Assembly: GCA_030671005.1 (NCBI GenBank)
Contig: DAOVAN010000001.1
Location: 1-50,511 of the forward strand
From: a candidate division WOR-3 bacterium
GTDB lineage: Bacteria > Hydrothermota > Tepidihabitantia > SM23-42
Reading direction: 5' to 3'
Length of the DNA: 50,511 nucleotides
Shown in pieces: positions 17,071 through 28,150 of the stretch. A program made the position numbers and the translations under genes. A model generated the notes under the pieces. The model did not search any database. It worked only from the letters and a program-made list of their open reading frames with translations, and was not told the DNA's origin. Position 1 is the stretch's first letter; the number at the start of each line of letters is the position of its first letter.

Positions 17071-17993
17071 TAGATTTTATTTTACCCTTGCTCTTGTCTA
17101 TTAGCATAGGAATTTTCAACGCCAGCGAGACCGGCCTCGTTAGCATCGAGAAGATAAAGATCTTGAAAGCGAAGCGTGAAAAGAAGAGCTGGGCTTTACG
17201 CCTCAACAAATTTCTTTCTGCTCCTGCAAGGTTCTTCTCAACCATTCTCGTCTGCGAGAGTTTCATAATCGTCGTGGCTTCCACATTGTATGCAAGATCT
17301 TTTGTTGATTTGATGGGCGGCTCGGGCATCATTGTTTCAACGATAACCCTCTCCTTATTCTCTCTTATGTTTGGACAGTTTATCCCTAAGTCGGTTGCCT
17401 TATCCCATCCGGTACGCACCATGACCGCACTGTCTGGAGTCATTTACTACATTGAGATTGTAGCTTACCCCGTTGTATGGTTTTATGCGCAGCTGGCAAG
17501 ACTCATCGCCTTGCTCTTCAAGAGCGGCACTGAGACAGACGCGATGCACAGGTTGGACATAGTTCACGCGATGGGTGAGTATGAGGAAGAGGCGAGCAGA
17601 CTAGCGTCAAGACTGTTCAATTTTTCCAAAAGAAAAGTGGGCGAGGTGATGATCCCGATGAACACCGCCTTTGTTTCTACGAAGGGTCAGGAGCTAGCCA
17701 CCATTGCGGAGAGTAAGGGAAGGATATATACCAGGATCCCGGTATGTGTTGGCTCGCGGCGCGATATCATTGGTATCTTTAACATAAAAGATTATCTCTA
17801 CACCAACGAAATTACTCTCAGGGAACCTTTTTTTGTGAACGCCGACGATCGGTGTATGACAATCTTCATGGAGATGAAGCAAAAAGGCGAGCACATGGCT
17901 ATAGTGATGGACAAGAAGAACCGTCACAAGGGGATCGTTACCCTCGAGGATTTGATTGAAGAACTAGTTGGGGAAATAAGAGACGAAAGATAA
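17067..17993 (+). CDS. Second DUF21-CBS protein, lacking the CorC_HlyC C-terminal domain
   Basis: 308 aa with the same DUF21 plus CBS layout. It ends right after the CBS pair (GIVTLEDLIEELVGEIRDER). An ATGA-type overlap links it to the upstream paralogue. Confidence 0.75.
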   Translation: MIDFILPLLLSISIGIFNASETGLVSIEKIKILKAKREKKSWALRLNKFLSAPARFFSTILVCESFIIVVASTLYARSFVDLMGGSGIIVSTITLSLFSLMFGQFIPKSVALSHPVRTMTALSGVIYYIEIVAYPVVWFYAQLARLIALLFKSGTETDAMHRLDIVHAMGEYEEEASRLASRLFNFSKRKVGEVMIPMNTAFVSTKGQELATIAESKGRIYTRIPVCVGSRRDIIGIFNIKDYLYTNEITLREPFFVNADDRCMTIFMEMKQKGEHMAIVMDKKNRHKGIVTLEDLIEELVGEIRDER

Positions 17994-18030
17994 TATTTGT
18001 ATCACATGTCGTCGGTTCTTATCGCGGGTT

Positions 18031-18282
18031 TCAGTGCCTTTTTTTCTCGAATAATTCCCGTAACTTAGACGGCAAAGACATGTTTTGCACTCCGAAGGTG
18101 ATCATCTCTTGGATGAAAATCCGCTCCTTCGCTTCGCTCGAAAGCCTCTCGTTTATTATAAAATAGGACTTGTCCCGCAGTCGGCAATAACCACCCTTGC
18201 CAAAAAACTTATCGTATTTGACGATTATAGACAGCTTGTTACACAGCTCTTCGAGTAGGGTCAGTGTGGCAGTCCTTTTCAC
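18031..18282 (-). CDS. Hypothetical 83-aa protein
   Basis: The ORF overlaps the stop of the upstream J-domain gene by 4 nt and is the last gene of the nadB-led operon. No recognisable motif. Confidence 0.5.
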   Translation of the reverse strand: MKRTATLTLLEELCNKLSIIVKYDKFFGKGGYCRLRDKSYFIINERLSSEAKERIFIQEMITFGVQNMSLPSKLRELFEKKRH

Positions 18283-18920
18283 TTATTCCCTCCGAATAGT
18301 TTTGAAAAAAATCCGTCTTTGGATGACTGAAGGCGCACCAATCCTTGCTTTGCCTTCTTGTATTTGGAATCCCACTTGAGCGCCTCCTGGTATGAACGAA
18401 GAGCTTCGGCTTTCTTGGCAACGAATTCCTTTGCAAGTCCGAGATTGCAGTGTAGGGTTGGATTGAACAGCTCCTGTTTTATTGCGTGCTCGAGCTTCTT
18501 GAAACCATCTTGCTGGTTACGCTTTGTGTAGACCTGTGCCAGGCCCAGGTATGAAAGATGCAATGGGCAGGCGTTGTAGCTGTAGGCCGTACGTAGCAGG
18601 TTCACTGCGGGCCACGGTTCACCATTGTCAATATGTTCGACTGCCCTCGTGAAGAGGTTTTTTGCCTGGATTTGTTTCGCTTCGTCAGCATCGGTAATGT
18701 GTTTGACCAATGATTCATCGTACTTAGCCCTGAGTTTTTCATCGGAGAGTGTTCTGTAGGCAGCTGTGATCCGTGAGAAGATATCGTGTGCTGTCTTCTT
18801 TTCTTCTGCATCCATGTACCGGTCGGGATGGTACTTCTGGGCGAGTTTACGATAGACCTTCTTTATTTCTACCGATGAGGCGTTTTTGGAAACTCCTAAT
18901 AGCGTGTAGTAATTAGCCAT
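18279..18920 (-). CDS. J-domain protein with TPR-like C-terminal region
   Basis: The N-terminus [31 protein letters not shown] is a canonical J domain with HPD. The remainder consists of TPR-like helical repeats. Confidence 0.8.
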   Translation of the reverse strand: MANYYTLLGVSKNASSVEIKKVYRKLAQKYHPDRYMDAEEKKTAHDIFSRITAAYRTLSDEKLRAKYDESLVKHITDADEAKQIQAKNLFTRAVEHIDNGEPWPAVNLLRTAYSYNACPLHLSYLGLAQVYTKRNQQDGFKKLEHAIKQELFNPTLHCNLGLAKEFVAKKAEALRSYQEALKWDSKYKKAKQGLVRLQSSKDGFFSKLFGGNK

Positions 18921-18941
18921 ACAATCAAAGGATAAGCCAAA

Positions 18942-19079
18942 TCATGATTTGGCCGTTACCTGTTTTCTCCTCAGAGGAGCGAAGCGCACCATTCCACATT
19001 TAGGACAGACGTATTTCTTTTTCTTGTGGTGCGTTCCTTTTGTTTCATTCATCTTCTGACGGCAACGGGGACACCTCAT
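18942..19079 (-). CDS. 45-aa zinc-ribbon protein (not in the ORF track)
   Basis: My translation is MRCPRCRQKMNETKGTHHKKKKYVCPKCGMVRFAPLRRKQVTAKS, with two CxxC pairs. Its ATG overlaps the upstream TPR gene stop (ATGA at 19076-19079). Confidence 0.6.
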   Translation of the reverse strand: MRCPRCRQKMNETKGTHHKKKKYVCPKCGMVRFAPLRRKQVTAKS

Positions 19080-19363
19080 TTTTTATCTTTCTTGACCTCA
19101 GAGATTTTTTTGTTAACCTCGTTCAGGCGGATTTCAGCATTGCTATGATTGGAATCGAGAGTGAGTGTTTTCTCGTAGGTCTTCACTGCTTCGGGGAATT
19201 TCTCGGCGCCCTCATAAGCCAATCCAAGATAGTAGTAGATCTCAGGATCATGGGGATTAATTCTAAGCGCTTCGCTGAACTTCACTATCGCTTTGCCATA
19301 ATCCTTGTTTAAAAGGTACGTTTGACCTAGTTCCAATAAAACTTCAATTTCTCCTTGTTCCAT
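19076..19363 (-). CDS. Small TPR-repeat protein
   Basis: 95 aa with TPR motifs (LGQTYLLNKDYGKAIVKFSEALRINPHDPEIYYYLGLAYE). It overlaps the nadB 3' end by 20 nt. Confidence 0.65.
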   Translation of the reverse strand: MEQGEIEVLLELGQTYLLNKDYGKAIVKFSEALRINPHDPEIYYYLGLAYEGAEKFPEAVKTYEKTLTLDSNHSNAEIRLNEVNKKISEVKKDKK

Positions 19364-20933
19364 CCCTTTTCCTATTTGTTGGTAATGTTTTTTTTATCTT
19401 TTTTTCCTGTTTGCTGATTCTGGTTATCGTGTCTTTCATGAAATTTCGCCGTTTCCTGGGGTACTCAAGCATGTAGTGCAAACCGCGTGATTCCTTGCGA
19501 TTGAGTGCACTGTCGATAACTAGCTTTGCTATGACCGTAGTGTTTCGGGATTCTGCATTGGTGATATGGATTCCTTCCTCAAACAGTTTATAAAAACCGT
19601 CGATCGCTGTTTTTGCGTCGTGTAACTTCTTTTCGCTCCTGATCAATCCAACATTTTCGTCCATGATCTCCTTAATCTGGAATATCAGATTAGGCCCTAT
19701 CTTCGTCGTTTTCTCTATTCTGGTAGGTCCTGTAATCTTGATGTCACTGATTTTGTTAACACGTGCCGCGGCTCTACTCGCGAACACCATTGCCTCGAGC
19801 AGCGAATTCGAAGCTAGGCGATTTGCACCATGCACTCCGGTGCAACTACACTCACCCAGCGCAAACATTCTTGGTATTGAGGATTCGGCCCACTTGTTTA
19901 CCGATATTCCGCCGCATGAATAGTGAGCGGCCGGTACGACGGGGATCGGTTCACGTGTTATATCGATACCCCAGTTAAGACAGGTCTCATAGATTGTGGG
20001 AAACCGGTTCTTGATGAAATCCGCCTCCAGATGTGATACATCAAGGAGGACGTACTTGGTGTTAGCATATAGCATCTCGGTAAGACACGCACGTGCTACA
20101 ACATCGCGGGGTGCAAGATTCCCTGCCGGACTGTATTTCTTCATGAAGGGAGCACCCGCTTTGGTCTTTAACACACCACCCTCACCCCTTATTGCTTCCG
20201 AGATCAAGAACGAACGTCCATCAATCTTTATGTTGTAGACTGCGGTCGGGTGAAATTGCACAAATTCCATGTTGGCGATCTTGGCCCCGACACGGTACGC
20301 CATTGCGATTCCATCACCCGTCGCAATTGGCGGATTGGTTGTATGCTGGTATACCTGCCCGATCCCCCCGGTTGCAAGGATCGTTGCGTTGGCAAGAATG
20401 ACGTCGATCTGACGAGTATCGGCATCCAGGTAGTAGATGCCCACGCATTCACCATTCTGTATGACAATATCAAGCGCTATTTCATTCTCGGTGATGTTCA
20501 CGCCAGCCTTTTTCGCTCCTTCAAGCAGCACCCTCTCGATTTCTTGGCCGGTGTAGTCTTTTGCGTGGACAATACGTCTTCTCGAGTGACCACCCTCTTG
20601 TGCCAGGTTAAATTTGCCGTTGGAGTTCATCGAAAATCGACAGCCCATGGAATGCAGTTCCTGCACCAATTTCGGGCCATCGCGGACCATTATTGCTACC
20701 ATTTCCTTATTGCATAAACCCTCACCCACTCTAATGGTGTCTTGTACGTGATACTTGCGGGCATCGTTCTCACCAAAGACGGCGGCAATGCCGCCCTGAG
20801 CATAATTGGTGCTCGAATCAGCTTTTCTTTTCTTGGTGAGGACTAATACACGACCAAACCTTGCGGCTTTGGTAGCAAAGGTCAATCCGGCAATGCCTGA
20901 ACCTACGACCAGAAAATCTACCTGCATAGGCAT
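19344..20933 (-). CDS. nadB: L-aspartate oxidase
   Basis: 529 aa with the FAD-binding N-terminus DFLVVGSGIAGL and blocks typical of the succinate-dehydrogenase-flavoprotein-like NadB family (AQGGIAA, HPTA, RGEGG). Confidence 0.85.
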   Translation of the reverse strand: MPMQVDFLVVGSGIAGLTFATKAARFGRVLVLTKKRKADSSTNYAQGGIAAVFGENDARKYHVQDTIRVGEGLCNKEMVAIMVRDGPKLVQELHSMGCRFSMNSNGKFNLAQEGGHSRRRIVHAKDYTGQEIERVLLEGAKKAGVNITENEIALDIVIQNGECVGIYYLDADTRQIDVILANATILATGGIGQVYQHTTNPPIATGDGIAMAYRVGAKIANMEFVQFHPTAVYNIKIDGRSFLISEAIRGEGGVLKTKAGAPFMKKYSPAGNLAPRDVVARACLTEMLYANTKYVLLDVSHLEADFIKNRFPTIYETCLNWGIDITREPIPVVPAAHYSCGGISVNKWAESSIPRMFALGECSCTGVHGANRLASNSLLEAMVFASRAAARVNKISDIKITGPTRIEKTTKIGPNLIFQIKEIMDENVGLIRSEKKLHDAKTAIDGFYKLFEEGIHITNAESRNTTVIAKLVIDSALNRKESRGLHYMLEYPRKRRNFMKDTITRISKQEKKIKKTLPTNRKRDGTRRN

Positions 20934-20939
20934 TATTCA

Positions 20940-20967
20940 AGTTTACACATTCGCGCAGAAAAGTCAA
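20940..20967 (-). promoter_or_regulatory. Sigma70-type promoter of nadB; leaderless geometry
   Basis: On the minus strand: TTGACT (20967-20962), a 16-nt spacer, TAAACT (20945-20940), 6 nt, then ATG 20933. Confidence 0.65.
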
Positions 20968-20983
20968 CATACAATTTGAAATC

Positions 20984-23023
<2,040 letters not shown>

Positions 23024-23142
23024 CTTTGTTCAGTCCATTCAAAACTGACCAGAGACATCGACTATTAACATTCTAGACCAAACGGAAAACCTCTCGTCTG
23101 CTGCTCCAGCCAACCGCCCACAATGTAGTAATGCATTAAATG

Positions 23143-23172
23143 GTTAATTAATTCATTAATGAATTAATTAAC
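23143..23172. repeat. Perfect 30-nt AT-rich palindrome between convergent ligA and the wHTH gene
   Basis: gttaattaattcattaatgaattaattaac equals its own reverse complement. It abuts the stop codon of the wHTH gene. Confidence 0.9.
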
Positions 23173-23489
23173 TAATGGTCTTTTCTTATTCTCTTTGTGG
23201 TACGGGTGACTAGTGTGTCGATGGTTTTTAGAACGGCGCGCACTTCCTTGGGATATTTAATCCAATAGTAGGTTTTTGGCCATCTTTTCTCGTAACGTAT
23301 TATATTGGTGATCTTTAACTTCCTCAGGTGTGCCACGACGCCCGGTTTGGATATTTCAACCAGGGCAGTAATTTCCTCTAGGTTCATCGGTCCTTTCTCG
23401 AGCAGCATCTTCACGATTGCATAGGTAATCGGATATCCGAGTATGCGACAGAGTACAGAACCTCGATATTTTTTTTCACTAATCTTCAT
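23172..23489 (-). CDS. ArsR-like winged-helix transcriptional regulator
   Basis: 105 aa with the HTH region NLEEITALVEISKPGVVAHLRKLKITNIIRYEK. Confidence 0.65.
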   Translation of the reverse strand: MKISEKKYRGSVLCRILGYPITYAIVKMLLEKGPMNLEEITALVEISKPGVVAHLRKLKITNIIRYEKRWPKTYYWIKYPKEVRAVLKTIDTLVTRTTKRIRKDH

Positions 23490-23566
23490 CTGAATTCAGA
23501 GAAAAGGTACTTTCTTATTTATACGCTGTCTTATATAGTCTTATGTTCGATTGTTGTTGGAAAAAA

Positions 23567-23944
23567 TCACCACTTCATGTTGTAGCTGATACTCACCTTA
23601 TCCAGATCGGTCTGGACATCGAAGCCATACATCTTTGCGCCCACATAGGCATCGGCGAGTGAATAGCCGAATACAAAAAGACCCCACCACAACATCGAGT
23701 TTCTTCTTGTATAGTCACCCTCACGGTGATATTTGTATGCGAAATAGCCGAGGGTTATTTCTGCAGCCCCGATTATCACGCCTGGCACATAACGCTCAGT
23801 ATAGAACTGCCCACCACCCGGAAAAACACATAGCAACATGGCGACATTTACATTCTTTTCGGCGGCACACGCTATGCTGACCACAATGAGCAGCACGACA
23901 AAAGCTCCTTTGAGAGGGAAGTTCTTAAGAGAAACCGACATCAA
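23567..23944 (-). CDS. Small membrane protein (hypothetical)
   Basis: 125 aa with a signal or TM segment plus two further hydrophobic segments. The block PGGGQFYTERY is noted. A 4-nt overlap links it to the upstream gene. Confidence 0.5.
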   Translation of the reverse strand: MMSVSLKNFPLKGAFVVLLIVVSIACAAEKNVNVAMLLCVFPGGGQFYTERYVPGVIIGAAEITLGYFAYKYHREGDYTRRNSMLWWGLFVFGYSLADAYVGAKMYGFDVQTDLDKVSISYNMKW

Positions 23945-24351
23945 TTGATGAATTTGTATTCAAAGCGTTCCACAGAATCAATAGCCACATAGAGTGACAG
24001 GCTGCGATACTTGATGTGCTGTTCAGCAAGAAATTTCAAGAGGTCGGCGGTACGTACGAAGGCTCTGGGTGCCGTAATATATATTTCAATGCCTTTGTTA
24101 CGCATATCAAACTTACGTAGTATCTCAACTTCAGCAAAAGGTGTCAGTTGATTGTCGGCAAAGAATCTATCGGTGGCAAAGCGCTGTCTCTCACCCTTAA
24201 CGCCTTTTTCACCCTTGAGCACGTTCTCCCACATTGAAATCTCTTCCTGCAAATCCTTGATGTCCTCTCTCAGCGGTAAGTATCTTGTGCGATATGTGTA
24301 GTATATCCCAGCTACCAGCAGAATAGTGAGCAGCCAACCCAGATACTTCAT
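23941..24351 (-). CDS. Membrane-anchored hypothetical protein
   Basis: 136 aa with a single N-terminal TM (WLLTILLVAGIYYTY). It overlaps the valS stop by 4 nt. Confidence 0.5.
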   Translation of the reverse strand: MKYLGWLLTILLVAGIYYTYRTRYLPLREDIKDLQEEISMWENVLKGEKGVKGERQRFATDRFFADNQLTPFAEVEILRKFDMRNKGIEIYITAPRAFVRTADLLKFLAEQHIKYRSLSLYVAIDSVERFEYKFIN

Positions 24352-26948
24352 AGCTTCTCCATGGCTCTTTGAATACCTTCTTTTTTCTTGAGGAAGTCTT
24401 CAAGACGCTTCTTCTCTCTTTCTTGTATCTCGCTAGTGGCCTTGTTAACGTAACTCGGGTTGTTTAGCCGGTACTTGATTTCGTCGATTCGATGTGAAAG
24501 AAAATCGATTTCCCTGAGTAATCGTTGTTTTTCCTTTTGCACATCGATACCGGTTAGTTCGAGATAACATTCCATCTCGGGCATGATGATGCTCGCAACA
24601 GATTCTCGAACCGGTTGGTTGTATTCAATGCGATCCAAGCCTCCGAGTTTTGTAATGACGTCTGCGTTTTCATTGAGAAAAGACTGGACTTCATCCTTCG
24701 TGTTAATGACGATAGTGAGTTTCTCCTTATTCTTTATGTTGAAAATACCACGGATGTTTCTGATTTCTTCGATCAGTCTGACGATATGGTCAACACGGGA
24801 AATATCTTGCTCCACACTGATCTTGCCAGGCCATGTTTCCAGCATGATGCTCTTCGCTGGGAAACCGAATTTATGATATATTTCTTCAGTAATGAAAGGC
24901 ATGAAGGGATGGAGCATGACGATCAACTCTTTCATCAGGGATCTTGCAGTCTGACCGGCAGGTGCGATTTTAGTAAATTCGAGATACCAATCACAGAATG
25001 TGTGCCAGACAAAATCATATATCTCTCGTGTTATAGCATTGATCTCAAAAGCAACAAAGTGACTTTCAATGCTATCCAGCAATCGGTTGAAGCGGTCGAG
25101 AACCCATGCATCATAAATCGACATCTTTTCAGGAAGGGTATCAGCACCCTGGTCTGGATTCATACATACCAGCCGCGCCGCATTCCACAGCTTGTTGCAG
25201 AATTTTCGGCCAACATCGATTGACTTCTCGGTGAATAGTACATCTTGTTCACGCGGCGTTATCAAGAGCAGACCGAACCTCAGTGCATCGGCACCGTACT
25301 TATCGATGAGCTCCATTGGTTCCGGTGAATTACCGAGGCTCTTCGACATTTTTCTTCCCTTTTCGTCGCGTACAATCACATGAAAAACAACATCGGTAAA
25401 AGGAACCTGTTTGGTGAACTCCAGCCCAGACATGATCATACGCGCGACCCATAGATAGATTATGTCCCAGCCCGTGACCAGAGTCTGGGTAGGGTAGAAT
25501 CGGCGGTAATCCTCAGTATCGTCTGGCCAACCCAATGTGGCGAAAGGCCAGAGCCAGGATGAAAACCATGTATCCAGGACATCTTCGTCCTGGTAGATAT
25601 GACTGGATCCGCAGCTAATACATTTGTTTGGTTTCTCCTCGGATACAATGATGCCATGTTCAGAATCCGCCTTATCCGGGTCATAACATTCACTGCAATA
25701 ATAGACTGGTATTCTGTGTCCCCACCAGAGCTGCCGGGAAATACACCAATCACGGACGTTCTCCATCCAGTAATTGTAAAGATTCACCCATCTTTTCGGA
25801 TAGATATTTACCTTACCCTTGTTTACTACACGGATAGCAGGTTCAGCCAGTGGTTTCATCTTAACGAACCACTGTTTGGATATCCGTGGTTCAATCGCGG
25901 TGTTGCAGCGCTCACACTTTGCAAGTGGTAATCTGTAATCTTCGACCTTTTCAAGAAACCCTTCCTCTTTCAACTGCTCAATGATCTTCTTCCTTGCTGT
26001 GTAGCGGTCTTGCCCGTTGAATTGTCTGGTGAGTGCGTTGAGCGTTGCATCCGGATTCATGATGTCGATAAACTCAAGATGGTGTTTCTTAGCGAGATTA
26101 AAATCAAAGGGATCATGAGCAGGCGTAACCTTCAATGCACCGGTTCCAAACTCGGGGTCAACGTAATCATCAGCGATGATCGGTATCTCTCTTTCCATGA
26201 TGGGCAAGAGAACTCTTTTCCCTATCAATCTTTTGTAGCGCCTGTCGTGTGGGTTGACGCATACCGCGGTATCGCCCAGCATCGTTTCTGGTCTGGTAGT
26301 AGCGACGGAGATGAATTCATCGGACCGAAGAATCGGATATTTTATGTAGTATAACTTGCCCGGTTCCTCTTCGGTCTCCACTTGTTCGTCAGAGAGTGCA
26401 GTAAGACACCGTGGACACCAATTTATGATGTACTCGCCACGGTAAATCAATCCCTTGTTATACAGTTCGACAAATACCTTTATTACCTTCTTTGAATATT
26501 CATCGGAAAGCGTGAACTGCTCCCTTGACCAATCAAGAGCATAACCGGCTTTCTTCAATTGTTGTCTTATGATCTGTGCGTATTCTTCTTTCCATTTCCA
26601 TACTTCTTCCACGAATTTGTCACGGCCGAAGTCTTCTTTCTTTTTTCCTTGCTTATGGAGTTTCGCCTCAACGACGACTTGTGTGGCAATACCCGCATGA
26701 TCCATACCGAACATCCAGAGAGTTTCGTGGCCGGTCAGTTTCTTGTACCGAATGAGAATATCCTGAATTGAATTATTGAGTATGTGCCCGAGTGTGAGTC
26801 GTCCGGTGACGTTGGGGAGAGGAATCATGATCGTATATGCGGGTTTCGTGGATTTCACATCGGGAGTAAAGAGATTCTCCTCCAGCCAGAATTGATACCA
26901 CTTTTCTTCTATGCCTGCGGGCTCATATCGACTGGGGAATGCATTCAT
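24348..26948 (-). CDS. valS: Valine--tRNA ligase
   Basis: 866 aa with the HIGH-type motif PNVTGRLTLGHILN, KMSKS, and a C-terminal coiled coil. Confidence 0.95.
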   Translation of the reverse strand: MNAFPSRYEPAGIEEKWYQFWLEENLFTPDVKSTKPAYTIMIPLPNVTGRLTLGHILNNSIQDILIRYKKLTGHETLWMFGMDHAGIATQVVVEAKLHKQGKKKEDFGRDKFVEEVWKWKEEYAQIIRQQLKKAGYALDWSREQFTLSDEYSKKVIKVFVELYNKGLIYRGEYIINWCPRCLTALSDEQVETEEEPGKLYYIKYPILRSDEFISVATTRPETMLGDTAVCVNPHDRRYKRLIGKRVLLPIMEREIPIIADDYVDPEFGTGALKVTPAHDPFDFNLAKKHHLEFIDIMNPDATLNALTRQFNGQDRYTARKKIIEQLKEEGFLEKVEDYRLPLAKCERCNTAIEPRISKQWFVKMKPLAEPAIRVVNKGKVNIYPKRWVNLYNYWMENVRDWCISRQLWWGHRIPVYYCSECYDPDKADSEHGIIVSEEKPNKCISCGSSHIYQDEDVLDTWFSSWLWPFATLGWPDDTEDYRRFYPTQTLVTGWDIIYLWVARMIMSGLEFTKQVPFTDVVFHVIVRDEKGRKMSKSLGNSPEPMELIDKYGADALRFGLLLITPREQDVLFTEKSIDVGRKFCNKLWNAARLVCMNPDQGADTLPEKMSIYDAWVLDRFNRLLDSIESHFVAFEINAITREIYDFVWHTFCDWYLEFTKIAPAGQTARSLMKELIVMLHPFMPFITEEIYHKFGFPAKSIMLETWPGKISVEQDISRVDHIVRLIEEIRNIRGIFNIKNKEKLTIVINTKDEVQSFLNENADVITKLGGLDRIEYNQPVRESVASIIMPEMECYLELTGIDVQKEKQRLLREIDFLSHRIDEIKYRLNNPSYVNKATSEIQEREKKRLEDFLKKKEGIQRAMEKL

Positions 26949-26954
26949 AGGCTA

Positions 26955-26982
26955 AATATACATAATTTCATATGCGTGTCAA
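26955..26982 (-). promoter_or_regulatory. Sigma70-type promoter of valS; leaderless geometry
   Basis: On the minus strand: TTGACA (26982-26977), a 16-nt spacer, TATATT (26960-26955), 6 nt, then ATG 26948. Confidence 0.65.
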
Positions 26983-26993
26983 CGCGCGGCGCT

Positions 26994-27021
26994 TGATGCC
27001 TAACGCCTCACGCCCGACGCA
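26994..27021. repeat. Short heptamer array (TnAyGCC, about 4 units) upstream of the valS promoter
   Basis: The units are tgatgcc, taacgcc, tcacgcc and cgacgca. The array ends 11 nt from the -35 element. Confidence 0.5.
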
Positions 27022-27067
27022 TAACCAGAAAGCATATCAGATGATCAGAGCACCAGGAAGCGGAATA

Positions 27068-27129
27068 CCAGGACATCAGATTACCAGACCCAAAATCGTT
27101 GATTCGTCCCTGATATTCTGATGTCCGGG
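27068..27129. repeat. 13-bp inverted repeat (1 mismatch) with a 36-nt loop
   Basis: ccaggacatcaga (27068-27080) pairs with tctgatgtccggg (27117-27129). Confidence 0.6.
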
Positions 27130-27286
27130 TCAGCTATGTTTACTTTTCCTAAATTCGTGCTGCATTCAAATTTTCTCTATTTACTACATAGTACATACTA
27201 CTTACTGCCAAATCCTGAACTCGCTACGTTAGTATCGTGTGTCTTGCGGGTGGCTCAGTGGTTCAGCGACCCAGCGACTCATGTCG

Positions 27287-28111
27287 TTACTTCTGACACT
27301 TGGGGCAGTATCTGGTGCTGCGATTACCAAGCTTCTTGAGTACGATCTTGCTGCCACACCTACGGCACGGTTCATCCTCGCGTCCGTAAACGTACAGCAA
27401 ATTCTGGAAGTTGCCGTCCTTTCCGTCGGTGCGCTTGTAATCCGAAACCGACGTTCCAAAGTTGATTATGCCATCATGCAACACGTCTTTCAATGCCTTT
27501 GTGAGTCTTGACATTTCTTCATTCGTAATTCGATGGGCTCTTCTCAATGGTCTAATTCCAGCACGGAACAGCGCCTCATCAGAATAGATATTTCCTACGC
27601 CGGCACAGATGTGCTGGTCCAATAACAAAGATTTTATCCTCGCCCTTCGGTGCTTGATCTTGGCACGGAGATATGCTAAGTCAAAATCCTGCGATATTGG
27701 CTCACATCCGAGATTGAAAAACCCTTTTAGGTTGCTGGGTGTTTCTGACGCCTTCAAGAGATAGACCCGTCCGAGCACACGTGGTTCTTTGAATAACAGT
27801 TGACGGTCCTGAAGCTGAATGACGAGTCGAGAGAATTTCTCGGGTTCTTCTCCAAGAGGCATCAAGACCATGGTCCCCGAAAGGCGTAGATGGAAAATCA
27901 ACCGTTTGCCGTTACTCAGATTCAGTATCAGGTATTTTGCTTTTCTTGTCACATCCGTGATCTTCTCGCCCACAATTGCCTTGCAAAAAAGCGATGGTTT
28001 TGGGTGCGCTATTACATCAGCGCGGAGTATTACGCAGTCAACGATTTCTTTGCCTTTTATTCTCCGTCTTAGTTCACGCCTGATTGTTTCGACTTCTGGC
28101 AATTCAGGCAT
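27287..28111 (-). CDS. mutM: Formamidopyrimidine-DNA glycosylase
   Basis: I set the start at the ATG giving MPELPEVETIRR, because the family needs an N-terminal Pro after Met removal and the SD ggagg lies 9 nt upstream. The C-terminal zinc finger is CRRCGSKI...YCPKCQ. Confidence 0.9.
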   Translation of the reverse strand: MPELPEVETIRRELRRRIKGKEIVDCVILRADVIAHPKPSLFCKAIVGEKITDVTRKAKYLILNLSNGKRLIFHLRLSGTMVLMPLGEEPEKFSRLVIQLQDRQLLFKEPRVLGRVYLLKASETPSNLKGFFNLGCEPISQDFDLAYLRAKIKHRRARIKSLLLDQHICAGVGNIYSDEALFRAGIRPLRRAHRITNEEMSRLTKALKDVLHDGIINFGTSVSDYKRTDGKDGNFQNLLYVYGREDEPCRRCGSKIVLKKLGNRSTRYCPKCQK

Positions 28112-28150
28112 TATGATTTCCTCCATGATAAAACAGATGAAGGGTAACTA

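Noticed and set aside
27236-27290. tRNA-like words (gggtggctcagtggttcagcgaccc) just downstream of mutM
   Set aside because: There is no acceptor stem, no anticodon arm and no GTTCRANYC T-loop with a complementary stem. Only a D-loop-like word is present. The segment also folds poorly as a terminator (a mismatched 6-bp stem with no U-tract).
28112-28126. The upstream ATG (MEEIIMPELPEV...) as the mutM start
   Set aside because: Fpg-family enzymes use the N-terminal proline exposed after Met removal as the catalytic nucleophile. The internal ATG giving MPELPEVE is preceded by ggagg at the proper distance.
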